Part shown: in pieces, positions 58,096 through 64,000 of the stretch
How positions within the stretch are numbered: the stretch's first letter is position 1
Layout of the letters: each line of letters starts with the position of its first letter
NCBI GenBank assembly: GCA_964016885.1
Contig: OZ024743.1
Coordinates: forward strand, 102,734,001 to 102,798,000
Length of the DNA: 64,000 bases
Direction of reading: 5' to 3'
Source of the DNA: Eledone cirrhosa
Lineage: Eukaryota
Translations under genes and position numbers: made by a program
Notes under the pieces: generated by a model
Told to the model about the DNA's origin: nothing
The model's input: the letters and a program-made list of their open reading frames with translations, nothing else
Database searches by the model: none

Positions 58096-58199
58096 GAGCT
58101 AAGCTAGTTTTTCGATTACTGTTTCGTAATGGCAGCTCAATCTGCTCAGCGATTTTCTTTCTTTTTTCCTGATTTCCATTTTATTTCGTCTTCCGGCCG

Positions 58200-58702
58200 A
58201 GTCTCAAACAGAGATTCCCAGCATGTATTCCCTGCTGAGTCACCGCCGTCTTCATTGGGTAGAATATATTCGGTGTATGGAGGATGGAAGGTTGCCAAAA
58301 GATGTGCTGTATGGACTGCTGACCACCGGCACCAGGCGGATGTGTCACCCATAGCTCCGTTTCAGGAAGGCATGCAGAAGAGACATGAAAGCCTGCAACA
58401 TCCCTTCTGGGAAAGACAGGATGGGGACCGTAATGCCTGGCGACAGACTATCCATAGTTGCATCGCAGATGCAGATGTAAAAACAGGCCAACTTGCGTCA
58501 GCAAATAGAAACCGAAAAAAAAAGCGCATAGCAGACATACCAACAACCCAGGATTCTACATAGATCTGCACCAAGCGCAACAAAGACTGTCACTCACATA
58601 TAGATCTGCTGAGTCACAGCAGACGATGACAGAGACTAACTATATCTCCAGGCACATTAAGTATGGTCTCCCGAGAATGAGCTGCCAGTGAGGATAATGA
58701 TG
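58200..58702 (+). mobile_element. RTE-clade LINE 3' fragment
   Basis: DGRLPKDVLYG..RDMKACNI..DRNAWRQTI..KDCHSHIDLLSHSRR followed by a short tail. Confidence 0.75.
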
Positions 58703-58727
58703 TATATATATATATATATATGTGTGT

Positions 58728-58816
<89 letters not shown>

Positions 58817-59316
58817 TGTATGTCTGTCTGTCTACGCATGTATTCATATATCTATATGCTTGTGTGTATGCACTTGAAGGCGTGTAGCATAGTGAAAACA
58901 GTGTTGTTCAGACGATCGGGGAGCGGTTCGTTGTATCCTTGATCAAGACATTATTTCACATTAGTTCACACGGATGGGGAAATACTTGTTATTCAAAAGG
59001 CTAACCAATGTGTCACTGTGAATCTCCTTGGGAATTACATTAAGTGTACGCTTATTTGTTGAATGCCTACAACTTACATGTTAATAGATATGTGCATATA
59101 TTTTTTTTATTATTCCCAAGATCTAATATTTCTTTACATGTAAATCAAACAATAATTTGTTGTTTCAAATATTTTTTGTTTTATATTGAGATAAACACTC
59201 ATTTCGGTTAATTTATGTAAGAGAATGTCTCCTCAGTGTGATTTGTAGAATTTCATTTATAAGTATAAATGTATAAATACTACGAATTAATCGAAACAAT
59301 TCTTTATTTCTGTTAA

Positions 59317-59390
<74 letters not shown>

Positions 59391-59470
59391 TCATTCTCAC
59401 TCTCCATGCCTCTCTATATTTCCTTATTTCTTTCACTCCCACACACCCACACGTTTACAGAGAGATAGAC

Positions 59471-59557
<87 letters not shown>

Positions 59558-60544
59558 ACATTTACACTCAGGCATACACTCATATACCGAGAAACAGACA
59601 AAAACCGACATTCACGCACACATACGCAGAAACACACACATCGAATAGTTGAATCTAATTGGAGTGGAAATATCACAGAAGTGTTGTGCTTGGAAACAAA
59701 GTGCGTTGATGGTGAAAAGATATGACTTTAAAAGGTACTTGACAGAAAACAGAGTGACAGACTGGAAAAATATCGACAGCGTTGGTATGTTTACGTAGAC
59801 TTTTGTTAATGATAAATTTATCTTGAACATTTTTATTTTATAATACACATATAGATACAGAAATTCGAATAGAATGCTTTGCACTATTCATTCCGGTTCT
59901 CTGTGCTCTGGTCGTGGTCATTTTGGGGTTTCATCCTTTCGAGAACAATAAAATCGGTATCTAATCGGTACTGGGGTCGATTCTTCTTCTATATCGCTTT
60001 ACTTTCTCTCTTCTCTGGAAGATATCGGCTGTGTTTATAACTGAACCGCCAAGTTTAACATAACCAAGATAAATCGTATGTCAAGACAGCACCCCTACAA
60101 CTACATCAAGCGTTATGCTACAAGTCCATACATACAGTGTACAGAAGAAACAAATTAGAAATTCATAGTAATGACAGAGAATTAATGCGCTTACAGATAT
60201 GATTTCATCTCTTGGCTACAGAAGTAGAGATGAATAGAAGATAATGAGACTTTTGAAACTGACGTATTTATTTTCAATGATATTAGCGACATAAGTAAGT
60301 GAATTCCCTAAAAACGGGTATTTCAAACATAACTGCGCCAAACCGTCGCTTGGAGGATATTTGCTAAATGGCATATACAAGAACACCCTGAAGCATATTA
60401 ACAACTGAGTTGAACTTCTTGAAAGTTAACCATGGTGATGGAAAAGTTTGCTAATATATATTTCGATAGATATTATGTACGTCTATGTTATATGTTGGAT
60501 CTAAATATTTCTAACATATTGCATATATATGTATGTATGTAAAC

Positions 60545-60596
<52 letters not shown>

Positions 60597-60794
60597 CGAA
60601 GGAGTTGTGGTAAGGAACCAGATGGACCATAACGCACCAGAGTACTCAATACTTAGGGTACAGATATAGCCGTCGAAAGGGCTTGAGCTTTGCCGTCGGG
60701 TTCATACATTTTCCTATATATATATATATATATATACGAGTATATATATATCAATGATATTAATAAATGGAAACTAAATTTATAAAACCATATT

Positions 60795-60855
60795 TATTCT
60801 ATTATATATATTTCAAGGGTACCAAAACTTTGGCACGCTCTCATCAGATAAAATA
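60795..60855 (-). ncRNA. Minimal type-I hammerhead ribozyme (family A)
   Basis: Minus strand reads tattttat-CTGATGA-gagcgtgccaaa..tttggtaccctt-GAAA-tatata-TA-atagaata. Confidence 0.8.
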
Positions 60856-60995
60856 CAAAGCTTGTTTTATAAATATTGACATATCCAGGAATGAGACTTT
60901 AACGGACCAAGTTTTACCTGGATAGTGTAAAACTTAAAACTTGAACAGTTAAGGTCTCATTCCTGGATATGTCAATATTTATAAAACAAGCTTTG

Positions 60996-61056
60996 TATTT
61001 TATCTGATGAGGGCGAACCAAAGTGTTGGTACCCTTGAAATATATATAATAGAATA
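60996..61056 (+). ncRNA. Minimal type-I hammerhead ribozyme (family A)
   Basis: tattttat-CTGATGA-gggcgaaccaa..ttggtaccctt-GAAA-tatata-TA-atagaata. Confidence 0.8.
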
Positions 61057-61189
61057 AATATGGTGTTATAAATATAGTTTCCATTTATTAATATCATTGA
61101 TATTATACTCCAGAAATACTTTCGAGTGCTTCGAATCTGTTATAAATATATATATTTGTTGAATTACCAACAAATTAAATATCCCTTTG

Positions 61190-61272
<83 letters not shown>

Positions 61273-61274
<2 letters not shown>

Positions 61275-61445
61275 CGAAGGGAATGTGGTAAGAAAACAGA
61301 TGGACCATAACGCACCAAAGTACTCAATACTTAGGGTAGTAGAGTGGGTAATAGGAACGAGTAGGACCCCGACGGCTGACCTCAAGCCGTTTCGACTGCT
61401 TATTCTGGACTAAAATAATTTTAGTCCAGAATTAGCCGTCGAAAA
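61273..61445. repeat. Family C cassette ending in a hairpin
   Basis: Homologous to 34241-34445. Hairpin ttctggactaaaat/attttagtccagaa. Confidence 0.75.
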
Positions 61446-61591
61446 TATAGTGAAAACTTGGACGGGAACAAAAACAGAGAGGCAGTACAAATAAAAGTTT
61501 ATTAGGTTCACGCTCTTGAGAGTGGTGGTGGGGGAGGGGGATATATATAATCTATATATAAACACATGCACACACACACATACATACATAC

Positions 61592-61646
<55 letters not shown>

Positions 61647-61664
61647 TATGTACATATACATATG

Positions 61665-62068
61665 CACGTATAGGTTATATCGAACATTAATATAATAATG
61701 TTCGATTTGTTTGTAAACAAACCGCCCGGTTAGAAGTTGTGCCGTGTCGGTGACCGATCGTCACCTGTTTGTTCAACACTGGTTTTGAGGAACAATTAAC
61801 ATGTTTCTGGGTCATTACCCTTTATCAGGACTGTATACCTCTGCCAGTCTCTTGAACGGTTGAAAATATATAGTATTTTCTTAAGTACACATCGGCTGAC
61901 TAGCCTCATTTGCATACTAAGTGAATTACGGCTGGCCGTGCAGAAAATTAAGAATAAAATTGGAATTTTATTTCTCGCCCTAGCACAGCTGATACATAAA
62001 TGTAAGTATACACGCACACACACAGACACACACACACATATATATATTATATATATATACACACATCA

Positions 62069-62120
<52 letters not shown>

Positions 62121-62262
62121 CACACACATGTATACATATAGATATGTACGTATGGGTTATATCGAACATTATAAACAAACGGCCCAATTAGAAGCTGTGC
62201 CGTGCCGATGACCGATCGTCACATGCTTGTTCGACACTGGCTTTGAAAAACAATCAACATGT
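61665..62262. repeat. Diverged 130-bp direct repeat pair
   Basis: 61665-61803 and 62145-62262 share ggttatatcgaacatta, ttagaag.tgtgccgtg and tgaccgatcgtcac. Confidence 0.75.
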
Positions 62263-62315
62263 GTATATGTGTTTGTATGTATATATATTTATGTGTGTGA
62301 GTGTGAGTGGTGTGT

Positions 62316-62419
<104 letters not shown>

Positions 62420-62723
62420 TTGTGTGCGTTTGTATGTGTATGCACACGTGTGTGTGGGTGTTTGTGTAAACCGATTAAGGAAAAGAGAGAGAAGGAAAAT
62501 ATCCAGACAAAATGATTAACAATGAATTAATTAGACGAATTGTTTCAAGTGATAAAACTAGTAATTAGACAATATTGTTTGTATAACAAGCATGGAGCTT
62601 CAGTAAGTTCGTAAATTAAAAGCTGTTTATATCTCCAACTGAAATGAGAAGAATATGGTACATCACTTCTCTGTTAATCATATATTGATCTAGAAATGTA
62701 TGTATGTATATATGTATGTACGT

Positions 62724-63250
62724 CAGGTCGCTCTCAAGTGATACTGGTAACATGTAACACAGTTCAACCTGACTCATGGTCGTGTCCTCGGCGACTAAAC
62801 CGGCAACCACACCAAGCTAGCTTGATGAGGAGGGTCAAATTTGGAAACCCTCCGGGATGAAATACAAGACCCGGCGAAGGGCAGAGGAATTCAGCAGAGT
62901 CAACGGCCATCCAAATAGTGCTTTTTATTTGTTTTCCTCCTGGGAGTGAAAGGGTCCCAGTTGTTGTCACAACCCCTTTCTAAGAGAGTGAAACTCTGAA
63001 AAATAAGCTGCGGCTTCAGAAGCATCCGAGTTGTTGACCAGTTCTCCTTTTCGTGTAGTGGTTTCGATGCTCAAAGAGTGGGATTGGTCGAGTGCAAGGC
63101 CTTTCCCCACTTAAAATATATTCAAAGCACAGGCATTGCTTGTTCAGGATATGATACTGGGTTTTGTGACTGGCCGTAGCCTAAAAGTGCCCCAAACTCT
63201 ATAATCTGACAAGCAATTGCAGTACTCTTCGCAGAGTTTGCAGCCATCAT
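62724..63250 (+). mobile_element. Non-coding retroposon-like repeat with (TGTA)n tail
   Basis: Ends gagtttgcagccatca followed by (tgta)n. Homologous to 10196-10655. Confidence 0.7.
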
Positions 63251-63379
63251 GTATGTATGTATGTATGTATGTATGTATGTATGCATGTTTGTATATGTAT
63301 GTATATGGATGGATGTGCGTAATTATACATTTATGATATATATATATATATATTATTTATGGTTATTATTATTATTCTT

Positions 63380-63827
63380 AGATGAATTGGCAGTATCGGT
63401 AGAGGGTCGGACGCCATGCTTTGACGCATAGAGTTACGATCCTTGCCATTCTGAGTTCAAATCCCCCCGAGGTTAACTTTGCCTTTCATCATTACGGGGT
63501 CGATAAAATAAAGTACCAGTCACGCACTGGGATCGATTTAATCGACTTCACCCTCCCCCAAAATATGCTGGCCTTGTGCCTCTATAAGAAACCATTATTA
63601 TTATTCTTAGGGCGGTAGATTGGCAGAATTGGTAAAGCGTTGGACAACATGTTTAGCGACATAGTTACGTCCCTTTACATTCTAAGTTCAAATCCCGGCA
63701 AGGTTTAGCTTTGCCTTTCATCCTTACAGGGTCGATAAAATAAAGTACTAGTAATAAACTCGTGTTGATTTAATCAATGTTCCCCTCCCCTCAAATTATT
63801 GGCCTAGTGCCTAATGCAGAAATCATT
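63380..63827 (+). mobile_element. Two tandem tRNA-derived SINEs
   Basis: A and B boxes, core and tail occur twice. Each copy is preceded by attattattattcttag. Confidence 0.85.
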
Positions 63828-64000
63828 AGAAAATGTACACAGCTACATATTACAAACAGACAGCGGCATCTTTAATTCGTCAGTCACGTTGTTGTTATAT
63901 AATTAGCGCAACAGACTATTTCCATGTAGATCATACTACGTCACGGCGTATTAGTAGAGTCATTTCAACATGGGGTTAGAATGCTTTGCGTTATTCGTTC

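Larger units (their letters stand above)
60746..61105. mobile_element. Inverted pair of family-A PLE LTRs
   Basis: Arms of about 170 bp (60746-60918 and 60933-61102), homologous to 17680-17850. Confidence 0.85.

Noticed and set aside
62726-62900. HDV-like ribozyme (ggtcgct/ggcgact P1, tcctcg, cgaa)
   Set aside because: P3, P1.1 and P2 could not be assigned, so it is kept only as a structured-RNA candidate.

Overview
AT-rich, microsatellite-dense eukaryotic DNA. It looks like a coleoid cephalopod (Octopus-like) genome; this is inferred from the SINE family and the (TA)n/(CA)n density. Most ORF-track hits are microsatellite artefacts. The host-gene content I can support is two spliced plus-strand exons (26440-26590 and 36790-37080) of a GluN3-like NMDA-type ionotropic glutamate receptor, so much of the window is probably intron. 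The rest is mobile DNA: a nearly intact L1/Tx1-clade LINE (about 42480-48045) plus two truncated relatives, decayed Penelope-like elements (PLEs), R4/Dong-like and RTE fragments, Helitrons, tRNA-derived SINEs and several foldback elements. The most striking signal has no ORF. By eye I find 9 minimal type-I hammerhead ribozyme motifs with an intact CUGANGA/GAAA/NUH core and about 4 degenerate ones, from several sequence families and on both strands. Most sit in short, often palindromic cassettes embedded in (TA)n tracts, and one family has a stem II of about 63 nt. A second signal is a shared 3' stem-loop and ATT-rich end linking the Tx1-like LINE to the dominant SINE. All alignments and folds were done by eye, and repeat boundaries are approximate.
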